A DNA stretch of 57,802 nt from positions 1-57,802 of the forward strand of contig JAYOTF010000009.1 in the NCBI GenBank assembly GCA_038150265.1, in the 5' to 3' direction. How positions within the stretch are numbered: the stretch's first letter is position 1; each line of letters begins with the position of its first letter. Under the pieces are notes generated by a model, which saw only the letters and a program-made list of their open reading frames with translations, was not told the DNA's origin and did not search any database. Positions 9,825 through 18,715 of the stretch are shown piece after piece. The translations under genes and the position numbers were made by a program. The stretch is from Deltaproteobacteria bacterium (GTDB taxonomy: Bacteria > SAR324 > NAC60-12).

Positions 9825-11239
9825 CGCTGGTCGAGCGCCTCAAGCAGTTGGGTGTGGATGCCACCGAAGCCGCCGTTGCTCATGATGACCACGACGTCCC
9901 CCGGACGCGCCTGCTCCGTGAGGTGGGCCACAATCTCCGGAACCCCCGGGAACGCAAAGGCGGCCTTGCCCTGCCCCTGCAGGCTGCGGACAACGGCCTC
10001 AATGTCCAGGCGCTGTTCCACCGGAATCTGCTCCTGGCGGTGGGGAACCGTGAGGATGACGGCATCGGCATCGCCAAATGCCTGCTCCAGTTCCGGCTGA
10101 TGCACCTTGAGCACGCTCGTGTTGGAACGGGGCTCAAACACCGCGATGCAGCGCTGGTCCGGATGCTTGAGGCGAACCGCTGAGAGGGTCTCCCGGATCG
10201 CTGTCGGGTGGTGGGCAAAGTCGTCATAAACGGTCACGTCTCCCGCCACGCCTCTCAGTTCCAGGCGACGCTTGATTCCTTCAAACGCCTGAAACGCCTT
10301 CTGAATCTGCTCATCCGTCAGGCCGTTATTCCGGGCGAGCACGATCACGCCCAAGGCATTCCGGACATTATGGGCCCCGAGCATCGGCAGAAAGAACTCG
10401 GCCGTGGCTCCGTTTTGCACGACCTCAAAGCGGGTTCCGGTGACGCCTGCGTGTTCTGCCAGTGTCAGGCTCCGGGCCTGAACGTCACAGGAATCCCCCA
10501 GCCCAAACGTCACCACCGGAGAGAAGGCCTGCTGGGTCACCTGCTGGACATTCGGGTCATCGCCATTGGCGGCAATGAGGCCATTTTCCGGGACCAGCCG
10601 CAGGAGCAACCGAAACGACCGGAGGATGTCTTCCAGTGAGCCAAAAATATCGGCGTGATCGAACTCGAGGTTGTTGAGGATCAGCTGGTCTGGGAGGTAG
10701 TGAAAGAACTTGGACCGCTTGTCAAAAAATGCGGTGTCGTATTCGTCCCCTTCTGTCACGAAGAAGCCGCCGCTTCCTTCTCGGCAGCTGGTCTTCAGGT
10801 TCCGGGCGATGCCTCCGATGAGAAACCCGGGGTCGCGCCCGGCGTGCAGCAGCGTCCAGGCGAGCAGAGACGTCGTGGTGGTTTTGCCATGGGTACCGGT
10901 CACGACCAGCGAGGTGGTGCCGCGGATGAAGTGTTCCTTGAGCAACTCGGCCATGGAAACGTAGCGGAGCTTCTGAGCCAGGGCGGCTTCGACTTCCGGA
11001 TTGCCCCGGGAGAGGGCGTTGCCAATGACAACCAGGTCCGGACGGTCCTGGAGGTTTGCGGCCGCATACCCACTGGCAACCGGAATCCCTTCTGCCGCAA
11101 GGAGGTCGCTCATGGGGGGATAGACGTTTTGGTCCGAGCCGGTGATGCGGTGTCCCCGGTGGTGCAGCAAGACAGCAAGGGAGGCCATCGCGGTGCCGCA
11201 GATTCCGGAAAAATGAATGTGATGGGGGGCGTGACTCAT
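9821..11239 (-). CDS. mpl: murein peptide ligase (UDP-MurNAc:L-Ala-D-Glu-mDAP ligase)
   Basis: HIHFSGICGTAMASLA, GTHGKTTT, EGDEYDTAFFDKRSKF, DDFAHHPTAI. Confidence 0.94.
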   Translation of the reverse strand: MSHAPHHIHFSGICGTAMASLAVLLHHRGHRITGSDQNVYPPMSDLLAAEGIPVASGYAAANLQDRPDLVVIGNALSRGNPEVEAALAQKLRYVSMAELLKEHFIRGTTSLVVTGTHGKTTTTSLLAWTLLHAGRDPGFLIGGIARNLKTSCREGSGGFFVTEGDEYDTAFFDKRSKFFHYLPDQLILNNLEFDHADIFGSLEDILRSFRLLLRLVPENGLIAANGDDPNVQQVTQQAFSPVVTFGLGDSCDVQARSLTLAEHAGVTGTRFEVVQNGATAEFFLPMLGAHNVRNALGVIVLARNNGLTDEQIQKAFQAFEGIKRRLELRGVAGDVTVYDDFAHHPTAIRETLSAVRLKHPDQRCIAVFEPRSNTSVLKVHQPELEQAFGDADAVILTVPHRQEQIPVEQRLDIEAVVRSLQGQGKAAFAFPGVPEIVAHLTEQARPGDVVVIMSNGGFGGIHTQLLEALDQR

Positions 11240-11270
11240 GCGTGACGTTGAGGGAAGAGGCTGAAGGAGT

Positions 11271-11708
11271 TCAGTGGGTTCCGGTGCTGCCAAAGCCTCC
11301 GGTACCGCGGACCGAGTCGTCGAGCTCGTCCACGACCTCCACGGTGCAGGGTTCCAGGCGCCGGATCAGCAGCTGGGCGATGCGTTGGCCGAGCAGGGCC
11401 TGGGCTTCAGTGAGGCCGTCTCCGGCACCCAGGTAGCGGAGCGGCACAAGGATGCGGCCCCGGTAGTCCGGATCAATGATGCCCACGCTGTTGGCGAGCA
11501 TGAAGGATGTTTTCATCAGGCTGGAACGCGGGACGACTTCCGTGTAAAAGCCGGTTTCCGGTTGCACCGAGATGCCTGTGTCAAAGAGGAAGACGGTTTC
11601 GGTTTTTTGTTCAACGCGGTAGGCGGTGAGGTCGAGGCCGGCGTCAGAGGCGTGGCCCCGGGTGGGAACCGTGACCTCGGGGTAATGGCACTTGAGTTTG
11701 AGCTGCAT
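11271..11708 (-). CDS. dut: dUTP diphosphatase
   Basis: DAGLDL, PRSS, NSVGIIDPDYRG, RIAQL, RGTGGFGSTG. Confidence 0.95.
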   Translation of the reverse strand: MQLKLKCHYPEVTVPTRGHASDAGLDLTAYRVEQKTETVFLFDTGISVQPETGFYTEVVPRSSLMKTSFMLANSVGIIDPDYRGRILVPLRYLGAGDGLTEAQALLGQRIAQLLIRRLEPCTVEVVDELDDSVRGTGGFGSTGTH

Positions 11709-12917
11709 CTAGAGAATCCAGGTGGTGGTGAGGCCGACGACGTGCTTTTGATACTCGACGTTGGAGAGGTTGGAGTCGTTTCGGGTCAGGGTGGCCGTGA
11801 CTTCAAACAGCAGCGTGGGCCAGGCCTTCCACTGCAGAGCCGTCGTCAGGGTGTGCTGCAGGCTGTGTTCCGGAGTGTCCTCGGCTTCCACGTAGTCGCT
11901 TTGGGTGGCGCCGTAGCTCAGTTTCGGAGTCCAGTCTCCAAGAGTCCAGGTGCTTTTGACGGTTGCCCCGCGTTCCGTGAGGTCGTTGGTGGGTTCGGAA
12001 TAATCCTTGAGCGCGCCAAAGAGGGTTCCGGTGAGGCGGAAGCTGCCGCTGGTCCAGGCGTAGTCCCAGGTGAGGGTGTCTTCACGTCCCTGCTCTCCGG
12101 AATCACTGGCGCCTTCAGGCAGTTGACGTTCCCAGGCGAGGCCGTGGCCCCAACCGCTTTCCGGGAGCACCTGCCAGTGAAGGCTGCCGATCAGGGTGCG
12201 TTCAGAGACCTGGCTGTCCAGCCGCGTTTCCTGCCACCCGAACGCCATGCTCCAGCGTCCGGATTCAGGCAACCCGTACTGCCACTCACCGCCGAGGCGC
12301 AGCACCCGCGACTCCTGGTCGATCAGGTCCCGGTTGTCAAATCGATTTTCGGTGAACAGCCCCTGCGCAGTGAACTGGGAGCGATGCGAAAACCGGTGGG
12401 TCCAGCGTGGGACGAACGTCAGCCGCCACTGCTCGCCTACCGTGAGCTCGCTGGTGTCGGGCTGGCTTTCGGCGTTGCTGTCGACGGAGCGTTCCAGGAG
12501 CGTGATCCAGTTCCAGGTCTGGCGCGGGCCCTGAAGCTTCTTCACATCCTCCGTTTCCCGGAAGAGGGTCCACTCCTTCTGCTGCGTCTGTTGCAGGCTG
12601 GTGGCTTCGAAGCGAAAGGAATTCTCTCCCGGAGCCAGCTGGACGGGGATCGTGACCTCCACTTCATCCACGGCTCCGGCTTCGTCAAAGAGCAACTTCC
12701 GGCCATTGAAACGCAGTTCCTGGATTGGGGAGAAGCCACTCACCCGAATGCCGAGGTCCAGCTGTTCCTGAGTGGTTTCCTCCGGAGCAAGGACAATGAT
12801 GAGCAGGCTTCCCGTTGCCGCAGGCTCCTGAGCGAACGCCACGGGCCCATTTCCCGGAATCCCGAGCAAGAGGAGCCCGAGCAATCCAATCCGACAGAGG
12901 AGCAACGAGGAGCGCAT
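11709..12917 (-). CDS. outer-membrane beta-barrel protein with N-terminal Ig-like domain (Slam/DUF560-like C-terminus)
   Basis: Signal peptide (VAFA-Q), amphipathic strands, C-terminal RNDSNLSNVEYQKHVVGLTTTWIL. Confidence 0.7.
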   Translation of the reverse strand: MRSSLLLCRIGLLGLLLLGIPGNGPVAFAQEPAATGSLLIIVLAPEETTQEQLDLGIRVSGFSPIQELRFNGRKLLFDEAGAVDEVEVTIPVQLAPGENSFRFEATSLQQTQQKEWTLFRETEDVKKLQGPRQTWNWITLLERSVDSNAESQPDTSELTVGEQWRLTFVPRWTHRFSHRSQFTAQGLFTENRFDNRDLIDQESRVLRLGGEWQYGLPESGRWSMAFGWQETRLDSQVSERTLIGSLHWQVLPESGWGHGLAWERQLPEGASDSGEQGREDTLTWDYAWTSGSFRLTGTLFGALKDYSEPTNDLTERGATVKSTWTLGDWTPKLSYGATQSDYVEAEDTPEHSLQHTLTTALQWKAWPTLLFEVTATLTRNDSNLSNVEYQKHVVGLTTTWIL

Positions 12918-12920
12918 GGA

Positions 12921-14063
12921 TCAGGGCGAGAGGCTGTTGTTGTCAAGGTAGAGGCACCCGGTCGCGGAGCCATTGTCTGCAACCAGCGTGAAGGGGGACG
13001 CCACTGCTGCTGTCAGGGTGTGGCCGAAGATGCTCTCGGCGGTGGTGTTGATGTGGATGGTGTAATTTCCGACTCCCAAGCTGTCGACGAAGTACTGGAA
13101 GGACCCCTGGTTGTCGGGAGGGACAAAAGGCAAACGGGCTTTCACATCGTCAGGAGGCACCACGGCCATGAAGAGGTTGACGTTCAGCGTGTGGCATTGG
13201 GTGCCTTCGAGCAACTGCACGGCGTCCTGTGTGCAGTCGGAGCTCGGCTGAATCGTGGTGTTGTCCATGGACTCCGAGAAGGCGACAGGGAAGCTGAAGC
13301 CGGTGCTGGGGGTCTGGTTGTCCAGAGTGCCGGTGCTGTCCCAGTTCCGGACGATTGCCGAGCATCCTGCAAAGTAAGAGAGCGCTTTGAGAGAACCGGT
13401 CGCGTTATCGGAGCCCGTGGTGTTGTCGAGCAGGGTCGTGTTGTCTGTGGTGGAGCCATTGTCGAGCGCGGTGGCGTTGTCCACAATCGCAGAGGCGTTA
13501 TCGGCAATGACAGGAGGCGGATCCGTGGTGGAGCCATTGTCGAGCCCCGTGGTGTTGTCTGAGACGGGGTTGCTGTCTCCATCAGAGGAAACGGAGGCTT
13601 CGGTCAGCAGCAGGGTCATTTCCGTGGTCCCGGATCCCACCTGAAAGGTGCTGGAAGTAAAGACCGTGGCGGGGCTGTTGCTCAGGGCTTCCTCAACGGT
13701 TTGAATGCGTTGGGTGAAGCCTCCGACGACAAGGCGCAGGGCCGTGTTGACTGGAACCGACAGGGTGACGGTATTGTCGATTTCGACAGGTCCAGACGCT
13801 TGAATCGGAGAGTTGAGGGTGATGTCGGAGAGCGTGCTGTTTGCTTCCGGAAGGGCGATGGCAAATGCCGACTGCACCTCGCCCCCGATGATGCTTTTCT
13901 GAGACGTCCGGAGGGTGCCGGCAGCCCGAAGCGCTGAAGCAGAGGTGAGCTGGGCGGTGACCGAAACCTTTTTCAGGGCTCCGGAGTCTTCCGGAGCCGC
14001 ACACCCGATCAGGCTCAGGCAGAGGAGGCTTCCCCAGAGAAGGGGGTGTCGGACCACGCTCAT
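12921..14063 (-). CDS. lipoprotein with DNx[ST] repeats and a C-terminal Ig-like (Big_5-like) domain
   Basis: Lipobox LIGC; S/T-rich linker; VAFSESMDNTTI...YTIHINTTAESIFGHTL. Confidence 0.75.
   Translation of the reverse strand: MSVVRHPLLWGSLLCLSLIGCAAPEDSGALKKVSVTAQLTSASALRAAGTLRTSQKSIIGGEVQSAFAIALPEANSTLSDITLNSPIQASGPVEIDNTVTLSVPVNTALRLVVGGFTQRIQTVEEALSNSPATVFTSSTFQVGSGTTEMTLLLTEASVSSDGDSNPVSDNTTGLDNGSTTDPPPVIADNASAIVDNATALDNGSTTDNTTLLDNTTGSDNATGSLKALSYFAGCSAIVRNWDSTGTLDNQTPSTGFSFPVAFSESMDNTTIQPSSDCTQDAVQLLEGTQCHTLNVNLFMAVVPPDDVKARLPFVPPDNQGSFQYFVDSLGVGNYTIHINTTAESIFGHTLTAAVASPFTLVADNGSATGCLYLDNNSLSP
13447..13545. repeat. 21-nt exact direct repeat within the lipoprotein linker
   Basis: gtggtggagccattgtcgagc at 13447-13467 and 13525-13545 (encodes LDNGSTT on the minus strand). 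Confidence 0.9.
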
Positions 14064-14887
14064 TGCACCTCCAGCTTGAAGCGGACCCCCCCGCCCGTGC
14101 TGGCAGGAGGCAGCTTGTTCAGCGCATCCTTGACGCCGTCAAGGGCGCGGTCATCCAGGGGAGGCGGAGCGTTCGTGGGCTCCGGAGGGCCGTCACCCGG
14201 TTGCGGGGCCGGTGTTCCCAAGGGGGGCGGGGGACCAAACGGCACGGTGGCCTGAAAGACGTCCGGAGCTTCAGAGTTGAGGATCTGCTCGCGAGCTTCT
14301 GGCGCCACGGCAACCGGCGGAGTGGCCCCGTATCCCACCTGAACGGTGGAGGCGGTTCCGGGAGAAACCTCCACGATGACCTCCGGCGCCTCGACGCTGG
14401 CGAGTCCCACGAGTCCATCCAGGGTGAGGACGCTGGTTTGGGTTCCGGAAACGCCCATCACAAACTCGGTGCCGCGTACGCCCACTACGGCATGAACCGT
14501 CCGGACCCGGAAGTCACGCTGGCCTTGAATGCGACCGAGGCGCGAGACCTTGAAGCCCGCTTTGCCCGTCAGCAGCTTGACGGTTGTGGCGGCAGGAGCA
14601 ATGTCTGCCAGTTCGAGGTACGAGTTGGAGCGCAGCTCGACTTCGTCCTCCTTGTCGTTGAGAACCACCCGGACGAGGGTCCCTGAGCCCGTTTGCAGGG
14701 TGTCGCTGCGAAAAAGATCCTGGGAGGCTCCCGGTGTCTGGAGGATTTTGGACTGGGCCTCCCGTTTGAGCCGGACGCTGCCGGTGACCAGTTCGAGCGT
14801 GCCAATGCTCTGTGCCTGTGCCCATCCGGCCAGGAGCAGGATCAGCCCGAGCACCAACCCGGCGCGAGTGGTGAGGAGGACTTGCAC
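14060..14887 (-). CDS. secreted FecR-domain protein with Pro-rich tail
   Basis: Signal peptide AQA; DTLQTGSG, VRTVHAVVGVRGTEF. Confidence 0.88.
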   Translation of the reverse strand: MQVLLTTRAGLVLGLILLLAGWAQAQSIGTLELVTGSVRLKREAQSKILQTPGASQDLFRSDTLQTGSGTLVRVVLNDKEDEVELRSNSYLELADIAPAATTVKLLTGKAGFKVSRLGRIQGQRDFRVRTVHAVVGVRGTEFVMGVSGTQTSVLTLDGLVGLASVEAPEVIVEVSPGTASTVQVGYGATPPVAVAPEAREQILNSEAPDVFQATVPFGPPPPLGTPAPQPGDGPPEPTNAPPPLDDRALDGVKDALNKLPPASTGGGVRFKLEVQ

Positions 14888-14890
14888 GGG

Positions 14891-16234
14891 TTAAGCGGAA
14901 AGAGAGGTCGGGAGGTTCCAGTGCTGACGAGCCGCTGCCAGGGCACGCTCCGCATAAAATGCCTTGCGCAGGCGCTTGGGCACCTTGCGTTCCGGGGGAT
15001 CGAGCAGGCCAAAGTTGGCATTCATCGGTTGAAAGGTCTCTGGCGCCGCTTCAGTGATGTAGCGGATCAGGGCGCCACTCATGGTGATGGGAGGCGGAGG
15101 TAGCTCCTCGCGGCCTGTGAGTTGCGCGATGATCTGACGCGCCGCCAGCGCGCCGGTGGTGGTCGACTCCATGTACCCCTCAACGCCGGTGATCTGTCCG
15201 GCAAAGAACAGCCGGGGCTCCTGCTTCAGGTTCAGCCGTGGGGTGAGGAGCTCGGGGCTGCGGATGAAGGTGTTGCGGTGGATGGAGCCCAAGCGAACAA
15301 ACTCCGCGTTTTCGAGTCCCGGAATCATCCGGAAGACCTTCTCCTGCGCGGTCCAGGTCATCTTCGTCTGGAAGCCCACGAGGTTGTAGAGCGAGCCCAC
15401 CGCATTTTCTTGCCGAAGCTGAACAACGGCGTGGAAGGATTTGCCGGTTTCCGGATGATCCAGCCCGACGGGCTTCATGGGACCAAACCGGAGGGTTTCC
15501 GCTCCGCGTTCGACCATGACCTCAATGGGCAGGCACCCTTCAAAGGGGCGGATGTCTTCAAATTGGTGCATCGGTACCTTGTCGGCCTCCTGAACCGCGG
15601 TGATGAAGCGCTCATACTGCTCCTGATCCATGGGGCAGTTCAGGTAGTCGGCTTCCCCCTTGCCATAGCGGGAGGCGCGGAAGGCGATGCGCTGGTCCAC
15701 CGATTCTGCCAGCACCACGGGGGCGATGGCGTCATAAAAGGCCAGGGTTTCGGTGCCGAGCCGTTCAGCGAGGGACTGCGCCAGGGCATCTGAAGTCAGG
15801 GGGCCGGTGGCAAGCAGGACGCAGGCGTACTGGTCGAGCAGTGCCGGCAACGCGGTGACTTCTTCGCGACAGAGGGTGACGTTGGGGTGGGCGTCCAGCT
15901 GTGCCGTGACGTACTGCGAGAAGGGCTCCCGGTCAATGGCGAGGGCCTGTCCGGCTGGCACAGAAAAGCGCTCTCCGGCTTCCAGGATGAGGGACTGATG
16001 CAGAGCCAGTTCCGCCTTCAGGAGACCGTGGGCATTTTCAACCGACCGGCTCTTGAAGGAGTTGCTGCAGACGAGCTCGGCACATCCGGAAGTCTTGTGC
16101 GCTGGCGTCATGCGCTGCGGGCGCATTTCATAGAGGTCCACGCGCAGGCCAGCCTGAGCGATTTGCCACGCGGCTTCGGAACCGGCGAGGCCCGCACCAA
16201 CAATGGCAACGGAAGAGGAGGAGGGTAAAGGCAT
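14891..16234 (-). CDS. trmFO: folate/FAD-dependent tRNA (U54) methyltransferase
   Basis: GAGLAGSEAA, ELVCSNSF, FGPMKPVGL, AGQITGVEGY, FQPMNANFG. Confidence 0.97.
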   Translation of the reverse strand: MPLPSSSSVAIVGAGLAGSEAAWQIAQAGLRVDLYEMRPQRMTPAHKTSGCAELVCSNSFKSRSVENAHGLLKAELALHQSLILEAGERFSVPAGQALAIDREPFSQYVTAQLDAHPNVTLCREEVTALPALLDQYACVLLATGPLTSDALAQSLAERLGTETLAFYDAIAPVVLAESVDQRIAFRASRYGKGEADYLNCPMDQEQYERFITAVQEADKVPMHQFEDIRPFEGCLPIEVMVERGAETLRFGPMKPVGLDHPETGKSFHAVVQLRQENAVGSLYNLVGFQTKMTWTAQEKVFRMIPGLENAEFVRLGSIHRNTFIRSPELLTPRLNLKQEPRLFFAGQITGVEGYMESTTTGALAARQIIAQLTGREELPPPPITMSGALIRYITEAAPETFQPMNANFGLLDPPERKVPKRLRKAFYAERALAAARQHWNLPTSLSA

Positions 16235-16343
16235 CGGGCTTGCAGTTCTCGGTTAATTGCTCTTAAATGGCTCGAAATTTTAGGCAATGCGAGCCCGAGC
16301 CGCAAGGCGGATTTTCTGAAAACTTGTTAACTGACCAAAGCGG

Positions 16344-16643
16344 GTGAACGCATTGAAGTGGAGGTGGATTGCCATCGGAGTGACGGCTGTGGTACTGGTG
16401 AACTGGTCGCTCCTGACCGCACAAGAGACGACGTACCAGGCAAATCGACGTCCCGTGGACAATGCCACCTCGCAGTTTTCTCGTCAGATCCGGGAACTGG
16501 CGGTGTATCAGTCGATCATCAACAAGCCGGAGCCGCCCCAGGCGAAGTACGTACCCCCTCAGTCACCAAGGTTGCCGAGTCATTCCATTTATCCGGAAGA
16601 CAACCGCCCGCAGCCGCAGTCGCTGCCCTCGTTTTTCAAGTAA
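16344..16643 (+). CDS. hypothetical exported protein
   Basis: N-terminal hydrophobic segment, Pro-rich C-terminus. Confidence 0.6.
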   Translation: MNALKWRWIAIGVTAVVLVNWSLLTAQETTYQANRRPVDNATSQFSRQIRELAVYQSIINKPEPPQAKYVPPQSPRLPSHSIYPEDNRPQPQSLPSFFK

Positions 16644-16671
16644 CGTTTTGAGACCCTGATAAGGAGCCAAC

Positions 16672-16767
16672 ATGGACGGAAGCATTGTTGCGATGATTGC
16701 TGCAGGTGTGCACATTTTGTGGGTGCTGCCTGTGATGTACTTCACCTTCATGGACATTCGCGGCTGA
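16672..16767 (+). CDS. 31-aa single-TM small protein
   Basis: TAAGGAG RBS at 16660-16666; MDGSIVAMIAAGVHILWVLPVMYFTFMDIRG*; fills the gap between two + strand genes. Confidence 0.65.
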   Translation: MDGSIVAMIAAGVHILWVLPVMYFTFMDIRG

Positions 16768-16776
16768 CGTCGGTTC

Positions 16777-17094
16777 ATGCACCTCTACTACGAGCAGCGG
16801 GTTCCGGCCCGCTTCTATCGCATCAGTTGGCAGGAGTCGATTCCGGAACACGGGCGGCTGTGCTGGCTGGTTCGGCTGCGCTGGGGTGCCTTGGGGTCGC
16901 GGGGACAGTCCCGGAGCCTGTGGTTCAATGAGCGGGAAGTGGCGCTGCGGAAGGTTCTGGAACTCCACCGGAATCGCCTGAAGCAGGGGTACGAACGCCT
17001 GCAGCGCCCCCGTACGGAGCAATCCCGGTTTTCCTTCCTTCCTCCTGATGGAACCGAGCAGCTGGAGCTGTTCCAGCCCCGTTCCGCCGCCTGA
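16777..17094 (+). CDS. WGR-domain protein
   Basis: RFYRI...VRLRWGALGSRGQ...RLKQGYE pattern. Confidence 0.7.
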   Translation: MHLYYEQRVPARFYRISWQESIPEHGRLCWLVRLRWGALGSRGQSRSLWFNEREVALRKVLELHRNRLKQGYERLQRPRTEQSRFSFLPPDGTEQLELFQPRSAA

Positions 17095-17292
17095 TCACCG
17101 AGGCGGCAGGCACTCGATCAGCACCTCTTCCTCTCGATACTCAAGCACCCGGTAGTCGGCGCCACATTCCTCAAAGGCGGCACTCTTGTAACCGTATTCA
17201 CTCTTGCGGTGAGCCCAGAAGGTGGGGTTGGTGGAACAGGCGGTCAGGGTCAGGAAAAGCAGTCCCCACAAGACGCATGTGCGTGTCATCAT
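17095..17292 (-). CDS. small lipoprotein
   Basis: Lipobox LTAC; two further Cys. Confidence 0.7.
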   Translation of the reverse strand: MMTRTCVLWGLLFLTLTACSTNPTFWAHRKSEYGYKSAAFEECGADYRVLEYREEEVLIECLPPR

Positions 17293-17312
17293 TCCCTAAA
17301 GCAAAGGTGAGC

Positions 17313-18047
17313 TTACCAGCGACTCAGAGCGCAGTGGGTATCGCGCGCCACAAGTTCCTGGAAGAGGACGTTGTGCCCCAGTCCCGGACTGACCCGGTGC
17401 CGGACTTCATGAATGAGGGTTTCGATCAGGACGCTGCTGCGGGGCGCGCCCCAGAACCAGAAGTTGGAACGGTACACCTTGATCGCCTCCTCGCCCCAGT
17501 AAACGCCCGCTTCTCCATACTGAATGAAGTTGCGGTGAAAGGGACGTTCCTTGACGTAGTGGATGGGCACCGTCCGGAGCTTGGCTTCCATGCTGGAAGA
17601 CAGGCAGTTGGTGGCCTCCAGCTGAGCGCGGTAGTCTTCAATGACCGTTTGCCGAAGCCCCAGGTCTTCTCCGACCCCCCACACCTGATACAGCTGCTGG
17701 GTGAGGAAAAAGAGCGTCAGGCTGACCAGCAGCAGCAACAGCCCGCGGGTTTGCCAACGAGACGCAGGGCGGGGCTCACGGGAGTGGTGGAGGTAGCGCT
17801 GCTTGAGGGCATACCACTCCTGCCACTCCTGCTGGATGGCTTTCAGGACTTCCGGAACCAGCGCCTCGTTGTCAGGAGTCGGCAACTCATCGACCTGAAA
17901 GAAGCCCTGCTCCTGACAGGCGGTGCAGCGAGACCGAACAAACGACTCCCCGGTTTGCCCCAATCCCCCCTGAAGCAGCACCTGCTCCGACCCGCAGGCC
18001 GGGCACTGAAGCCAGAAAAAGGATTGAATTTCAGGAGCTGCCGTCAT
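17313..18047 (-). CDS. Zn-ribbon + TM + HExxH metallopeptidase-like protein
   Basis: CPACG...CTAC; TM LLLLLVSLTLFFL; LIHEVRH...GH; start 18047 or 18074. Confidence 0.7.
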   Translation of the reverse strand: MTAAPEIQSFFWLQCPACGSEQVLLQGGLGQTGESFVRSRCTACQEQGFFQVDELPTPDNEALVPEVLKAIQQEWQEWYALKQRYLHHSREPRPASRWQTRGLLLLLVSLTLFFLTQQLYQVWGVGEDLGLRQTVIEDYRAQLEATNCLSSSMEAKLRTVPIHYVKERPFHRNFIQYGEAGVYWGEEAIKVYRSNFWFWGAPRSSVLIETLIHEVRHRVSPGLGHNVLFQELVARDTHCALSRW

Positions 18048-18134
18048 CAGTAGGAGTGCGCTGAGGTTTGTCAAAGCTTGTGTTAGATTATCGAGAATGC
18101 ACCTTAGAACGCAACCCCAATCCCCAAATCACTC

Positions 18135-18713
18135 ATGCGTTTGCTGATTCTGTTCCTCCTGTTTCCCCTGCTTGCTCAGGCTCAAGACGCCTTGCTGCAG
18201 CTGCCGGCGCTGCTTGGCAAGCAGACACAAACCTATGACGACTGCCTGCTCCAGAACCTCCGGGGAGTGCAGAGCGATCTGGCTGCCGGTGCGATCATTG
18301 AAGCCTGTGACCGCAAGTATCCGGACCCCAAGCGCTCGCCACTGGAAGCCCGGAAGCGCTACCAGAAGCTGCCTCCGGAAGAGGCTCAGAAGCTGGGAGG
18401 CTCGCTGGGCGAGCTGCGCGGCGAGACCCTGCAGGTCTGGCTGACCAATGGCTCAAACGAGTGGGCGGTTGCCCGGGTTGTGCTGGGATTTCTGTCGTGG
18501 AACCCGAAGACGATGGACTACCGGACCCTGCGGCTCACCTCGACCCCCTTGCAGGAGCAGGGGTGGGTGAATCCCGGACACCAGCGGATCTTTGAGTTTG
18601 CTCCCATGCGGGCGCAGGATCACTTCTACCTGGAACGCTGGTGGGTGGAGGAAGCCGAAGGCTATGCGATGCAGCCCCAGGAGCCAGCGACTGCCGGCGC
18701 CGCTCAGCCTTAG
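18135..18713 (+). CDS. hypothetical secreted protein
   Basis: Signal peptide AQA; YDDCLL...AIIEACDRKYP. Confidence 0.7.
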   Translation: MRLLILFLLFPLLAQAQDALLQLPALLGKQTQTYDDCLLQNLRGVQSDLAAGAIIEACDRKYPDPKRSPLEARKRYQKLPPEEAQKLGGSLGELRGETLQVWLTNGSNEWAVARVVLGFLSWNPKTMDYRTLRLTSTPLQEQGWVNPGHQRIFEFAPMRAQDHFYLERWWVEEAEGYAMQPQEPATAGAAQP

Positions 18714-18715
18714 GC

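Noticed and set aside
13400..13560. Repeats as a CRISPR array
   Set aside because: In-frame coding repeats, irregular spacing, no cas genes
11274..13562. 762-aa plus-strand ORF
   Set aside because: Antisense shadow of dut, the barrel gene and the lipoprotein gene; no motifs; expected in GC-rich DNA
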